DNA of 64,000 nucleotides from Clostridia bacterium (GTDB lineage Bacteria; Bacillota; Clostridia; Christensenellales; CAG-314): NCBI GenBank assembly GCA_028698585.1, contig JAQVWG010000002.1, positions 77,799 to 141,798 of the forward strand, read 5' to 3'. Shown piece by piece: positions 28,682 to 40,066 of this stretch (position 1 is its first letter; each line of letters starts with the position of its first letter). The notes under the pieces were generated by a model. It saw only the letters and a program-made list of their open reading frames with translations, ran no database searches and was not told where the DNA came from. The position numbers and the translations under genes were made by a program.

Positions 28682-29360
28682 ACTCCACACATTAATCGTA
28701 GGTGTTCTCTTACCACTTAGTTCTAAATATAACAAAAGCAATACATCACTTAGTATTCGTGCACAATCGCTACTGATATAATTATAGTTTCTTAATAACT
28801 GCCAAGCACGTTACCATAATAGGTAATATACTCGTTGCAGGCTATGAAGATAAACTCCACACATTAATCGTAGGTGTTCTCTTACCACTTAGTTCTTAAC
28901 ATATAACAAACGCAATACGTCTCTTAGTATTCGTGCACAATCGTTACTGATATAATTATAGTTTCTTAATAACTGCCAAGCACGTTACCATAATAGGTAA
29001 TATACTCGTTGCAGGCTATGAATATAGACTCCACACATTAATCGTAGGTGTTCTCTTACCACTTAGTTCTTAACATATAACAAACGCAATATATCTCTTA
29101 GTATTCGTGCACAATCGCTACTGATATAATTATAGTTTCTTAATAACTGCCAAGCACGTTACCATAATAGGTAATATACTCGTTGCAGGCTATGAATATA
29201 GACTCCACACATAATCGTAGGTGTTCTCTTACCACTTAGTTCTTAACATATAACAAACGCAATACGTCTCTTAGTATTCGTGCACAATCGTTACTGATAT
29301 AATTATAGTTTCTTAATAACTGCCAAGCACGTTACCATAATAGGTAATATACTCGTTGCA
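28682..29360. repeat. Tandem direct repeat array, about 4 units of 172-174 bp (the last is truncated at 159 bp)
   Basis: ACTCCACACAT(T)AATCGTAGGTG starts at 28682, 28854, 29028 and 29202. Units 2-4 are nearly identical and unit 1 is more diverged. Confidence 0.95.
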
Positions 29361-29695
29361 CGGTAAATAGTCCCTTAATTTATTTAATAACTCTCTAATC
29401 CGATATATTAGTATTGTGTAAGTACGTCTACAATGTCGAATCTATAGGCATAACGTAACACATCTCCGAATGAGCGTGCATGCAATATGTAATTATATCT
29501 AGTCGACAGAACACCGAGTCGATACATTGCACATTTATCTTGCAGTCTACTGCTATTATATTAATGCGCTAGCGTAGTAGAGTAATTAATACCTTATTAG
29601 TACGGCATATTGCACTGAATAGCTTAATACATTGACTCAGTGTATCGCTGAGCAACACTCACTCTCACAACACTGTTATTCTATATCTAACAACG

Positions 29696-29723
29696 AAAAA
29701 GGGAATTGATACATCCAATTCCC
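29696..29723 (-). terminator. Rho-independent terminator of the MATE gene
   Basis: On the minus strand: GGGAATTG-GATGTAT-CAATTCCC followed by TTTTT. Confidence 0.75.
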
Positions 29724-29777
29724 TCAATTACTAATTATATTACTCTGCTTACATTAGATATTAGTTGCATCGCAAGG

Positions 29778-31250
29778 TTATGTAGATGTCAAAGTGTTGG
29801 TTTGATACTGAAGTTGCTTACGAATGAACTGCTTATTGATTGTGCGTATACAGATAGGCAGGAAAATAAGTATTGATAATACTTCAGCCATTACATAACA
29901 CCACCATATTACTGACAGTCCCCATAGCATGTCCAGTATAAATGCCAATGGTACGACTAGGCCAACTGTACGAGTGATAGATATTGCCATAGAGTGGACG
30001 GCTTTGCCTAGCGACTGGAATATAGTTACTATCATTATGCCTAGCGACGAAGGTATGAATGCCAGACTGATTATCCTAAATGCGTGAGCTGCAGTATCCT
30101 GTATGCTGTCCATTCCGCCGAACATACCAATTAACGTATGGGGGATGGTAAGGAATACGACCATGCCGAGCCCTAGGATTATTGATGCAGTGCACAACGC
30201 AATCTTGACCGTTCGGTCGAATCTGGCGCGATTGTTAGCGCCGTAGTTATACGCTAGTATAGGCGTTGCACCTTGTGTCATGCCGAACACTATCATATAT
30301 ACGAACGACTGCAGTTTACCATATATTGCCAATATGGTGATACCACCCGAGTACTTACCCAATAAGCTCTGCAGTATGATTGTGGTAAATGACATAACGG
30401 CATTCATAAGAAAGGTAGGTATGCCAATGCGCGCAATTTCTCTAAAATAGTAGGCTCGTGGGCGAAACCCTCTTAAACTTATGTTGACATCCTGTCTGCC
30501 CATAAACAAGGTTATTAAACCTATGCCACCAGCCACCCATTGGCTGATTACTGTTGCAATTGCGGCGCCTTTGACACCCATATTGAGTGTGAATATGAAT
30601 ACGGGGTCAAGCACAATATTGCACAGCGCACCCGCCAGTTGGCTAATCATGGGCACCTTCATATTGCCGGTAGATTGAAGTATCCTTATACAAGTCAGTT
30701 CCATGAATACACCAAGGCTTGCCACAGTATATACTGTTAAGTAATCTATGCCGTTTTCAATAACTCTGTTAATTTGCTCTGCTGTATATCCCTCTTGACT
30801 GTTGACGAATGTAGTGATATATGTACGAGATACAAGTAATCCCAGTATGGCGATAACTATCCAACTGCAAAATGCAATTATGATGGCAGTCTTGGCTGTG
30901 CCGTCAGCGTCCTTCTGGTTGCGCTCGCCTAGTTTACGCGCAATTGTAGCGTTAGCGCCTACGCCTATGCCAATAGCAAGACTGTTGACTATCATGGCAA
31001 TAGGAAACGCTATTGCGACTGCGTCTATAGCGTCTTGACCGTAGTTGGGTATGTGGCTAACATACAGGCTGTCCACAATATTGTATAGCGCTTGCACCAT
31101 CATAGATATGACTGCGGGCAGGGACATAGTAAATAGCAGTTTGCCCACAGGCATATGCCTCATCTTGTCTGATTTTAGCGCAGACTTGACAACCATTTCT
31201 TGTCCTATTTCTTGAGTGTTTTCTGTTACCAGTATTTCGTTATCGTCCAT
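29778..31250 (-). CDS. MATE family efflux transporter
   Basis: About 12 TM helices. Typical N-terminus KLLFTMSLPAVISMMVQALYNIVDSLYVS. Confidence 0.88.
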   Translation of the reverse strand: MDDNEILVTENTQEIGQEMVVKSALKSDKMRHMPVGKLLFTMSLPAVISMMVQALYNIVDSLYVSHIPNYGQDAIDAVAIAFPIAMIVNSLAIGIGVGANATIARKLGERNQKDADGTAKTAIIIAFCSWIVIAILGLLVSRTYITTFVNSQEGYTAEQINRVIENGIDYLTVYTVASLGVFMELTCIRILQSTGNMKVPMISQLAGALCNIVLDPVFIFTLNMGVKGAAIATVISQWVAGGIGLITLFMGRQDVNISLRGFRPRAYYFREIARIGIPTFLMNAVMSFTTIILQSLLGKYSGGITILAIYGKLQSFVYMIVFGMTQGATPILAYNYGANNRARFDRTVKIALCTASIILGLGMVVFLTIPHTLIGMFGGMDSIQDTAAHAFRIISLAFIPSSLGIMIVTIFQSLGKAVHSMAISITRTVGLVVPLAFILDMLWGLSVIWWCYVMAEVLSILIFLPICIRTINKQFIRKQLQYQTNTLTST

Positions 31251-31451
31251 ATAGTTACCTTATCAATTCTCTTATGTACACAATGTCAAAACAGTACTAT
31301 AATAAGGCTTGTTTGTCAATCAAATCAGCGTGGTCTGCATAGTAGTTTTTAGCTTACATATATAGACAGATAGCGACACTTCTACCCACTTGCCATAATA
31401 CTCACTATGTGGTATGATTATATTAAATAATGATAAGGTGGTACAGACTAT

Positions 31452-31988
31452 ATGGATTTTGAACAACTCATTATTCATCGCCAATCTACCCGTTCTTATG
31501 ATAACAAAAGGTCAATAAGTCGAGAAGATTTGGATAGGATACTTCAAGCAGGCGCATTATCTCCTAGCGCACGTAATCGTCAACCATGGAAGTTCTACGT
31601 GGCAGACAAATGCAGTGATAAGTTTATGCAGGTGGTGAGTGCGTGTCAGAGTGGCGGTGCTAACGCTTGTTTGAGCGATTGCTCGGCTGTAGTTGTGGTA
31701 GTTAAACAGGAATTGAGTGTAGTAGACAGAATGGCAGAGATGTTAGCTGATGATTTCAGGCCATACGACATTGGCCTTGCCATAGCACACATGGTGTTGC
31801 AGGCCAAGAGTATAGGCATAGATAGTTTGATTGTCGGCTGGATTAATGTAGTCAAAATGCGCAAAGCACTCAATTTAGGAAAAAAAGCCGAGATAGGGCT
31901 GGTTGTTGCTCTAGGCTATGCACCTGCTGATTATCAACTGCGAGATAAGAATCGCCGTCCACTAGACCAGACGGTTGAGTACATTTAA
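31452..31988 (+). CDS. Nitroreductase family protein
   Basis: RQSTRSYD......L..IL.AG.LSPSARNRQPWKF signature. Confidence 0.85.
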   Translation: MDFEQLIIHRQSTRSYDNKRSISREDLDRILQAGALSPSARNRQPWKFYVADKCSDKFMQVVSACQSGGANACLSDCSAVVVVVKQELSVVDRMAEMLADDFRPYDIGLAIAHMVLQAKSIGIDSLIVGWINVVKMRKALNLGKKAEIGLVVALGYAPADYQLRDKNRRPLDQTVEYI

Positions 31989-32324
31989 TTAACAGATGAA
32001 CGGTGTTGACGTAGAATATTGACTGGTCAATTATATCTTGAGCACTGAATATATCGTTAGATGATATTAATAAGTCGATTGCAGTTTAGGTGCAATGAGC
32101 ATCATTCATTATTGTGTCGCATTAACCGAGTGTTTAATCAATATGTCTATTGATGTACGTAATACTAACGATAAGATTGGATTAGTTGATAGTTAATAGA
32201 TGATTTGTACTGATTGGTAGTACCGAGAGTTATTATGAGTGGCACTTGATTGATATAAGTAATTATAATAAACTTACAGCGAGTTGATTATCAACTCGCT
32301 GTACGTTTATTATCTTATAATGTA

Positions 32325-33248
32325 TTATGCTTTGTTTTCGCTACCCAACACATTCCTTATCTTGCGCATAACCATCTGTTTAATTGCCTCTCTTGCAGGC
32401 GTTAGGTACTGTCTAGGATCGAAGTGGTCAGGATGCTCACAGAAGTATTGTCTAATACTGGCTGTTATGGCGAGCCTTATGTCGCTGTCAATGTTTATCT
32501 TACACACCGCCCTCTTGGCTGCCTCTCTCAACATATCCTCTGGTACGCCTTTAGCGCCTGTCATATTGCCACCGTATCTGTTGATTAACTCAACATATTC
32601 CTGCGGAACACTGCTTGCGCCGTGTAACACAATGGGAAAATTGGGTAGCTTACTCTCTATCTCTTCGAGTATGTCGAATCTCAGTTGTGGCTGACCTGAG
32701 AACTTGAATGCGCCATGGCTCGTACCGATAGCAATTGCTAGACTGTCAACACACGTTCTGCCGACAAACTCCTCGACCTCGTTGGGGTTGGTATATTGAC
32801 CGTATTTGCTAACAACGTGTTCTTCAACACCAGCTAGTTTACCTAGTTCTGCCTCAACTACCACGCCGTGATCATGAGCATACTCAACAACTCTCTTGCT
32901 CAACGCCATATTGTCCTCGAATGACAAGCGAGATGCGTCAATCATTACCGAAGTAAATCCGTCATCTACGCATTGTTTACATATCTCGTAACTGTCGCCG
33001 TGGTCTAGGTGCATACAGATTGGCAGTCCACTATCAGCTACGCCAGCATCAATCAGCGCCTTAAGATAGCGCATATTAGCGTACTTTCTCGCTCCCATAG
33101 ATATCTGGAGAATGAGTGGAGAGTTGGTTTCCTGTCCTGCAGAGATAATACCTTGTATCTGCTCCATGTTGTTAACGTTAAACGCACCTATGGCATAGCC
33201 ACCTTCATAGGCCTTTCTGAACATTTCCTTGCTAGTTACTAATGGCAT
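32325..33248 (-). CDS. fba: Class II fructose-1,6-bisphosphate aldolase
   Basis: AAAGGAG RBS 8 nt before the ATG at 33248; the tracked start at 33257 is a GTG inside the RBS. Motifs MPLVTSKEMF, HLDHG, and GVEE...TSHGAFKF. Confidence 0.95.
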   Translation of the reverse strand: MPLVTSKEMFRKAYEGGYAIGAFNVNNMEQIQGIISAGQETNSPLILQISMGARKYANMRYLKALIDAGVADSGLPICMHLDHGDSYEICKQCVDDGFTSVMIDASRLSFEDNMALSKRVVEYAHDHGVVVEAELGKLAGVEEHVVSKYGQYTNPNEVEEFVGRTCVDSLAIAIGTSHGAFKFSGQPQLRFDILEEIESKLPNFPIVLHGASSVPQEYVELINRYGGNMTGAKGVPEDMLREAAKRAVCKINIDSDIRLAITASIRQYFCEHPDHFDPRQYLTPAREAIKQMVMRKIRNVLGSENKA

Positions 33249-33315
33249 CTTATACACTCCTTTATGGATAAATTGCTCGTTTTTGTTATTTTTTGTACCA
33301 CATTAACCAAAATAT

Positions 33316-33344
33316 TTGACCGTCTGTCACATGTAGTATATAAT
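33316..33344 (+). promoter_or_regulatory. Candidate sigma-A promoter of gap
   Basis: TTGACC (33316-33321), 17-nt spacer, TATAAT (33339-33344). Confidence 0.5.
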
Positions 33345-33434
33345 TATGATAGTATTTTAGCACAGTTTTTACACATAGTAAAATAAAATACATTGATTGA
33401 TTTGATAAACTTATCGTTAAGGAGGAAGATATAA

Positions 33435-34439
<1,005 letters not shown>

Positions 34440-34495
34440 TCTGTATTTTGCTAACGTTCAGGCTAATAATAACTCAACTATCGTAGTGATAAAAA

Positions 34496-34521
34496 GAACT
34501 CTTGGGTAATTCCAAGAGTTC
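34496..34521. terminator. Bidirectional terminator hairpin
   Basis: GAACTCTTGG-GTAATT-CCAAGAGTTC, preceded by AAAAA. Confidence 0.7.
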
Positions 34522-34564
34522 CTGCTATAAATTATTGTTATTGACCTATCCGGAGTACTGCTAT

Positions 34565-34924
34565 CTAGATAAAAATTAAGAAAAGCATTGCATAGAATGT
34601 AAAGAATATTAATCCGGCCATGAACATGGGATCGAACAGGCCGATAATGAACAGCGTTAAGTACGCAAAACCAACCAGTACTACCTTGAGAAATACTTTG
34701 ATTAGGGTGCCTAGCCCTGCCATTTTGGCATTATTAGGATCATCAAACTGCCATGCCATATATAATATGAACCCTATCAACGGGAAAAAGAACGCTAATA
34801 CGCTCCACCCGATATTACCCTTGCGTTGAATGGGCATACTCTCGCACGTGCATAGTGCCGTACCACAGTTAGTGCAATATTTGGTATTATCATCTATTTG
34901 TTTACCACAATTCTTGCAATACAT
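34565..34924 (-). CDS. Zinc-ribbon membrane protein (paralog 1)
   Basis: AGAGGTG RBS, then the ATG at 34924. MYCKNCGKQ..(9)..CTNCG zinc ribbon followed by 3 TM helices. Confidence 0.7.
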   Translation of the reverse strand: MYCKNCGKQIDDNTKYCTNCGTALCTCESMPIQRKGNIGWSVLAFFFPLIGFILYMAWQFDDPNNAKMAGLGTLIKVFLKVVLVGFAYLTLFIIGLFDPMFMAGLIFFTFYAMLFLIFI

Positions 34925-35209
34925 GTTAATCACCTCTTAATTATATTGTGGTGTACTGTTGGTTATGAAGTAACTCACGCTTATCGTTTATCTAATACCA
35001 TCATACACAGACCACCACACAGTATGCTAGCTCCTATTACTCTAGCACATATTGCATAAACTGTCAATAAATATTATGAAACGACCATATAAGCGGTCAC
35101 GTCGGGTACTCTGACTGTACACTATTATGTTATGTGGTAATGCCTATGAATAACACCCACTGTCTATTCAAGAGCAATGGGTGTTGATTACATATTATAG
35201 TTTGACTCG

Positions 35210-35542
35210 TTAGAACAGCATAGGCAGGAACACGCTGTATTCGCTAGCCATAATAAGCGCAGTAATTATGCCGAATAATATACCGCTAATTATACCACAT
35301 GCAACAGCTACTATCACGCCTATTAGTGCACCTTTGCCTGCGAACTTGGAATCCATTGGGCGATCATCACGCCATACTAGATACAGTATAAGGCCGACTA
35401 GCGGGAAGAAGAATCCCAGTACGCCCCATCCCTTATTGCCTGTTTCTTGTACATGAGTCGTACTCTGAGTGAGCGATGCGCCACAACTGGGGCAGAACTG
35501 TACGTTATCATCTACTTGTGTACCACATTTTTTACAATACAT
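35210..35542 (-). CDS. Zinc-ribbon membrane protein (paralog 2)
   Basis: AGGAG RBS 8 nt before the ATG at 35542. MYCKKCGTQ..(9)..CPSCG. Shares GW.VL.FFFPL.G.ILY..W with paralog 1. Confidence 0.7.
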   Translation of the reverse strand: MYCKKCGTQVDDNVQFCPSCGASLTQSTTHVQETGNKGWGVLGFFFPLVGLILYLVWRDDRPMDSKFAGKGALIGVIVAVACGIISGILFGIITALIMASEYSVFLPMLF

Positions 35543-35819
35543 AATATAACTCCTCTTTTTTTCTGTAATATTACCATTTATATGAACAGATGTCAATAGG
35601 TTTAATTAACTGCGCACAATATATGTACTAATGGATAATTGTGATTGCTCCACGTACTGTGCGCAGTGCACCCGATTTAGTTCAATAGTTAATACACAAC
35701 AGCAGTGGATTCTATTAAGACTGCTATAGTCATAGTGTACGCTAATATAAACTAATTATCACTCCTGTCAAGTGTTCAATCCGTTTAATTACTAAGTTGT
35801 ATTCTCAGCAAATAAATAT

Positions 35820-36107
35820 TTATTGGTATGCGAAGTGGTCTGCATTTATGAATCTGCCTATCCTCAAGTCGTAGTAACGGGTCTGTACGTAATACAGCTG
35901 TAGCGCGTTGTACCAGTAGTCCACGGTAATGGTAGGGTTAATGTTGGCAATGCTACCTATGTTAGTACCTATGGTGCAGTTACCCCAAGCGTCATAGGTG
36001 TAGGTTACTTGTACTGTATTGCTTGAGTTATATATAGCAACTATATCACCTAGAGTGTTCTTGAAATAGTAGTATGGTGTACCATTGCATGTAAACCCAA
36101 CTAACCG
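35820..36107 (-). pseudogene. Start-less remnant of an RHS/YD-repeat protein core C-terminus, with no toxin domain
   Basis: My minus-strand translation: GFTCNGTPYYYFKNTLGDIVAIYNSSNTVQVTYTYDAWGNCTIGTNIGSIANINPTITVDYWYNALQLYYVQTRYYDLRIGRFINADHFAYQ*. This matches the RHS core-end pattern YYY.KN.QGD..AI......V..Y.YDAWG...NP.RYRGYYYD.ETGLYYLQSRYYDP..GRF...D. A stop lies immediately upstream and there is no start codon. Confidence 0.75.
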
Positions 36108-37057
36108 TTAGTGAGTATAGATGTAATTCAGCTCTGTGGCTGTCATACTTGCCTGCGAGACAAGCAGTTGCGTTTCCTATTAATATGTGTTCAGTCTAGG
36201 TATAGGTTACATCATAGTATGCAAGGCCAACTGACCTATGGTGAGCGTGATACAAGAAAGGATGTTTTTATCATACTCTGTAACTATTATTATTTCTCTC
36301 GTAATAAGGTAGTGCCAATAATTTAAGCAAAGGGACCAATATATTGATATCAATTGATTCTGCGACAACTGTAGGATCTCTATGCATATTCCTACCTCAT
36401 ATTGATTTATCCATAGTATTATTTAATTTTTGAATGGGTGGGGTGGTAGCGTGATATTATTATGATATTTTCATTGTATAATATATCGAGTAAGTTAAGT
36501 GTTGTGCAATATAAGTATTTTGGCATTAGCAAAAATTGAACAGTAGTTCAAATACAACACTCATATCATATAACATTCATGTTGAAAGCAAGGCAGAATT
36601 GTATGTTGACGTCTGCATGTTGCGCAGACATACACGATTACATCTTGATTGTATATCACCTCACCCAAAACTCTGTTGTTGTCGTACCCATCGACGCATT
36701 ATTATTAATTTACCGAAATGGTTGTCGCAATAAGGCTCTATAAGCACAAAAGCATGCTCGCACTCTACATCAGCACTGGCACTGCGCCGTACGGTAAACA
36801 ACTTTTTTGCACTTAATTACGGTTTTTGGCACTCGCATGAAGAATAATCCAAATACACTTATACTACTGCGTCCTGTGTTACTGTGTCATTAACATCTGC
36901 GCTATTCTAACTACTGCGATATGCAGATATAATTACCTTGCCTTCAGGAGATAATTATTGCACTTATCTATTGACTTTTTCTTCATATATTGCTACATTG
37001 TACTGGCTGTGAGTTGAACAGGGGATACACACGGTTATAAGATAAGGAGAAATACGT

Positions 37058-37990
37058 ATGAAATTAGTAGTGGCGTTAGGTGGTAATGCGCTGGGCAACA
37101 CGCCCGAAGAACAGAAGCAGTTAGTGGTAGGCACAGCCAAGTCCATAATCGACCTAGTCGAGCAAGGGCACAGCGTAGTACTGACACATGGTAACGGACC
37201 TCAAGTCGGGATGATTAATGTTGCATTCGATACTGCGCACACACAGGATACATTATCACCCTCTATGCCTTTTGCAGAGTGTGGCGCTATGAGTCAAGGC
37301 TATATTGGATATCACTTGCAGAACGCATTACAGACCGAGCTTGCCAACAGGAACATACGTAAGAGCGTAGTGTCGCTGATAACTCAGGTGGTAGTGGATA
37401 AGAACGATAAGGGATTCTCTAATCCAACTAAACCTATTGGTATATTCATGACCAAGGAGCAGGCAGACCAAGTAATCCGTGATAAGGGCTATACGGTCAA
37501 GTACATTGCAGACAAGGATAAGTATCGCAGAGTGGTTGCATCGCCTAAACCTATCGATATCGTGGAAAAAGAAGCAGTCAGCACATTAATAGATAGTGGC
37601 GCTATCGTTATTACTGTCGGTGGCGGTGGAATACCGGTTGTAAAGGACGGTAATCAATATGTAGGAGTACCTGCAGTTATTGATAAGGATTATGCAAGCG
37701 CACTACTCGCCAAGATTATCAATGCAGATAAGCTGGTTATTCTGACTGCAGTTGATAAGGTCAGTATCAATTATGCGACGCCCAACCAAGTAGACCTAGA
37801 CACTATTACGGTATCGCAGTGTGATAAATATATTGAACAAGGGCAATTCGGCGTAGGTAGTATGCTACCTAAAGTTCAAGCTGCGTTATCATTCGTTAAG
37901 GGCAGTGGTAAACAAGCAATTATCGCAGACCTAACCAAGTGTGAGAAGGCCCTTAGCGGTAATGGTGGAACACAGATTATTGATGACTGA
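37058..37990 (+). CDS. arcC: Carbamate kinase
   Basis: VVALGGNAL at the N-terminus, THGNGPQVG, and GGGGIPV. Confidence 0.92.
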   Translation: MKLVVALGGNALGNTPEEQKQLVVGTAKSIIDLVEQGHSVVLTHGNGPQVGMINVAFDTAHTQDTLSPSMPFAECGAMSQGYIGYHLQNALQTELANRNIRKSVVSLITQVVVDKNDKGFSNPTKPIGIFMTKEQADQVIRDKGYTVKYIADKDKYRRVVASPKPIDIVEKEAVSTLIDSGAIVITVGGGGIPVVKDGNQYVGVPAVIDKDYASALLAKIINADKLVILTAVDKVSINYATPNQVDLDTITVSQCDKYIEQGQFGVGSMLPKVQAALSFVKGSGKQAIIADLTKCEKALSGNGGTQIIDD

Positions 37991-38043
37991 TAGTTATTGA
38001 TAGATATAATATATTAAATGCACTATAGATAAGAGGTAATAGA

Positions 38044-39243
38044 ATGTTCAAGTTTTCTCGAAGAAGTTTGTCCGTATCTCCCAGTTTGACACTGTCATTG
38101 ACAGCCAAGGCTAACGAACTGAAGGCACAAGGTGTGCCAGTTATATCATTCGGCGTAGGTGAGCCGGACTTTAACACCCCTGATTATATTGTCGCTGGAG
38201 CCAAGACTGCACTAGATAAGGGAATGACCAAGTACACTGCCAGCGCTGGTATGCCCACATTAAGGCAGGCTATTGCCGACAAACTACGTAAGGACAACGG
38301 GTTAACCTACACTTATGACCAGATAGTTGTATCCTCGGGCGCCAAACAATCGTTATTCAATGCTATGCAGATACTGGTCGATGAGGGTGATGAAGTTATA
38401 ATACCCTCACCATACTGGCTAACTTACCCACAACTAGTAACAATATGTGGTGGCAAGTGTGTATACGTTGAGTGTTCGAGCGACAATGGGTTCATACTGC
38501 AACCTAACGACCTAGAGAGAGCAATCACAGACAAGACCAAAGTGTTATTGCTCAACAGCCCTAATAATCCAACAGGCGCTGTATATAATAAACAACAGTT
38601 GAGTGCTATTGCACAGGTGCTGGCAAAATATCCAGATATATGGGTGATAGCGGATGAGATATACGAGAAACTTATCTATGATGACAATCAACACTATTCC
38701 ATTGCTACTTTTCCAACAATGTATGAACGCACCATCGTTATTAATGGTATGAGTAAGGCTTATGCTATGACAGGTTGGCGTATAGGCTACTGCGCTGCAC
38801 CGACACCTAAGGTTGCCAAACTGATGGACAGCCTTCAGTCTCACCAGAGCAGTAATGCCAACAGCATAGCACAATATGCCAGTCAAGTAGCATTGACAAC
38901 GCAGACAGACTTCATAGTCAATATGCGTGGTGAGTTCGCTCGCAGGCGTGATTGTATGCTGGAACAGTTAGTCAAGATAAATGGAATTAAAGCTATACAC
39001 GCTCAAGGTGCATTCTACATAATGGTAGATGTCAGTGGGCTGTTTGATAAGCAATATAAAGGAACGGTTATCGACAGCGCCAACACTCTTGCTCAACTAC
39101 TAATTAGCACTGTTAATGTGGTGGTTATTCCGTGCGAAGGGTTCGGCGCTAGTCATTTCGTTAGGCTATCATACGCAACCAATATAGATAATATTGTGGT
39201 AGGAGTTGACAGATTAGCCGACTTTATAGCTCAAGTTAACTAG
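38044..39243 (+). CDS. Pyridoxal-phosphate-dependent aminotransferase, class I (aspartate aminotransferase-like)
   Basis: Motifs NSPNNPTGAVY and the PLP-lysine segment SKAYAMTGWRIGY. TAG stop. Confidence 0.9.
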   Translation: MFKFSRRSLSVSPSLTLSLTAKANELKAQGVPVISFGVGEPDFNTPDYIVAGAKTALDKGMTKYTASAGMPTLRQAIADKLRKDNGLTYTYDQIVVSSGAKQSLFNAMQILVDEGDEVIIPSPYWLTYPQLVTICGGKCVYVECSSDNGFILQPNDLERAITDKTKVLLLNSPNNPTGAVYNKQQLSAIAQVLAKYPDIWVIADEIYEKLIYDDNQHYSIATFPTMYERTIVINGMSKAYAMTGWRIGYCAAPTPKVAKLMDSLQSHQSSNANSIAQYASQVALTTQTDFIVNMRGEFARRRDCMLEQLVKINGIKAIHAQGAFYIMVDVSGLFDKQYKGTVIDSANTLAQLLISTVNVVVIPCEGFGASHFVRLSYATNIDNIVVGVDRLADFIAQVN

Positions 39244-39396
39244 GAGACAGCGACACGCCTACATGTGTCGTCTGGCTCAACTCTAACGGTTGGCACTATT
39301 CACTAGCAGTAGGGACAGCATTATTTATAATAGTTCTTATGATTTCGTGTAGCGCAGTTATAATTATACTAGTTATTAGGTTATTAAGTACACAAT

Positions 39397-39425
39397 AAAA
39401 TGCCGAGGAGTGATTCTCGGCATTT
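39397..39425. terminator. Bidirectional rho-independent terminator
   Basis: AAAATGCCGAG-GAGTGATT-CTCGGCATTT. Confidence 0.8.
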
Positions 39426-39445
39426 GTATATTCTATTATGTTACT

Positions 39446-40066
39446 TTATATTTTGACTTGAGATAGAATATTCTTTTCTTGTGCGATGGCATATTCTTCT
39501 AGTTGAGCAACCTTACCATACATTGACTCGGTAAAAGGTGATTGTGGTAAGGATGTCAGATTGATTCTTACATTATACAGTGCACCCAACAATCCTGTTC
39601 TTAACAACATAGTTGCTACGCATATATCAGATAGCGCGTTCTTGTTACCGTTAGTTGCAATGAACTCGCATATGGGGAATAGCGATGCAATCTTTTCGGC
39701 TAGTTGCATTGGTACAAGTGCTGCGTTTTTGGTCGCCTCTTGAATACTTGCACGCCTTATTTGTTTATCCTGTTCGCTCTCTTTTGGCAGTTTGAATGCT
39801 TGCATTACAGCGTCGAAACTATCGCTGTCCCTATCAATGTCGTTGAGAAACTGGTCTTGAAGTTGTTCAAGAATGGGGATGTAATCTAACATCTGTTGAC
39901 TGACATTCTCATAACCCTTCTTGCCCGCAGTTAATGAGGCAACCATTTGGGCTAGTGCGACGCCGATACTAGCACAGTATGCGGACACACTGCCACCGCC
40001 GGGCACAGGCTGATTACTGGCTGTTGCCTTGATGAACTCTTTTAGATACATATCTTGAAGTAGCAT
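39446..40066 (-). CDS. Formimidoyltetrahydrofolate cyclodeaminase (FTCD C-terminal-domain family)
   Basis: PVPGGGSVSAYCASIGVALAQMV motif of the cyclodeaminase/cyclohydrolase family. Lies downstream of the hut genes. Confidence 0.85.
   Translation of the reverse strand: MLLQDMYLKEFIKATASNQPVPGGGSVSAYCASIGVALAQMVASLTAGKKGYENVSQQMLDYIPILEQLQDQFLNDIDRDSDSFDAVMQAFKLPKESEQDKQIRRASIQEATKNAALVPMQLAEKIASLFPICEFIATNGNKNALSDICVATMLLRTGLLGALYNVRINLTSLPQSPFTESMYGKVAQLEEYAIAQEKNILSQVKI

Noticed and set aside
28682-29360. Possible CRISPR array. The same question applies to 59931-60645, 5404-5674 and 7981-8260.
   Set aside because: The entire 126-174-bp unit is repeated head to tail. There is no alternation of short conserved repeats with unique spacers, no cas genes and no leader. 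These are plain tandem direct repeats.
32284-32694. Plus-strand 136-aa ORF overlapping fba. Similar antisense or alternate-frame ORFs overlap gap (33767-34189), hutU (42652-43077, 42692-42940), the RCC1 gene (21543-22004) and PFOR (12075-12293, and others).
   Set aside because: All are embedded in well-supported genes on the opposite strand or in another frame. Their low-complexity composition is typical of spurious ORFs.
36111-36733. Plus-strand ORFs 36111-36326 and 36536-36733 in the large gap upstream of arcC.
   Set aside because: The first is antisense to the decayed RHS remnant. The second has a TTG start, no RBS and Cys/Arg/His-rich junk-like sequence. Neither is supported.
36770-37057. 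A riboswitch (for example guanidine/ykkC-type) upstream of carbamate kinase.
   Set aside because: I could not find the conserved ykkC core strings or any convincing conserved helices. The region is AT-rich and adjacent to pseudogene debris.
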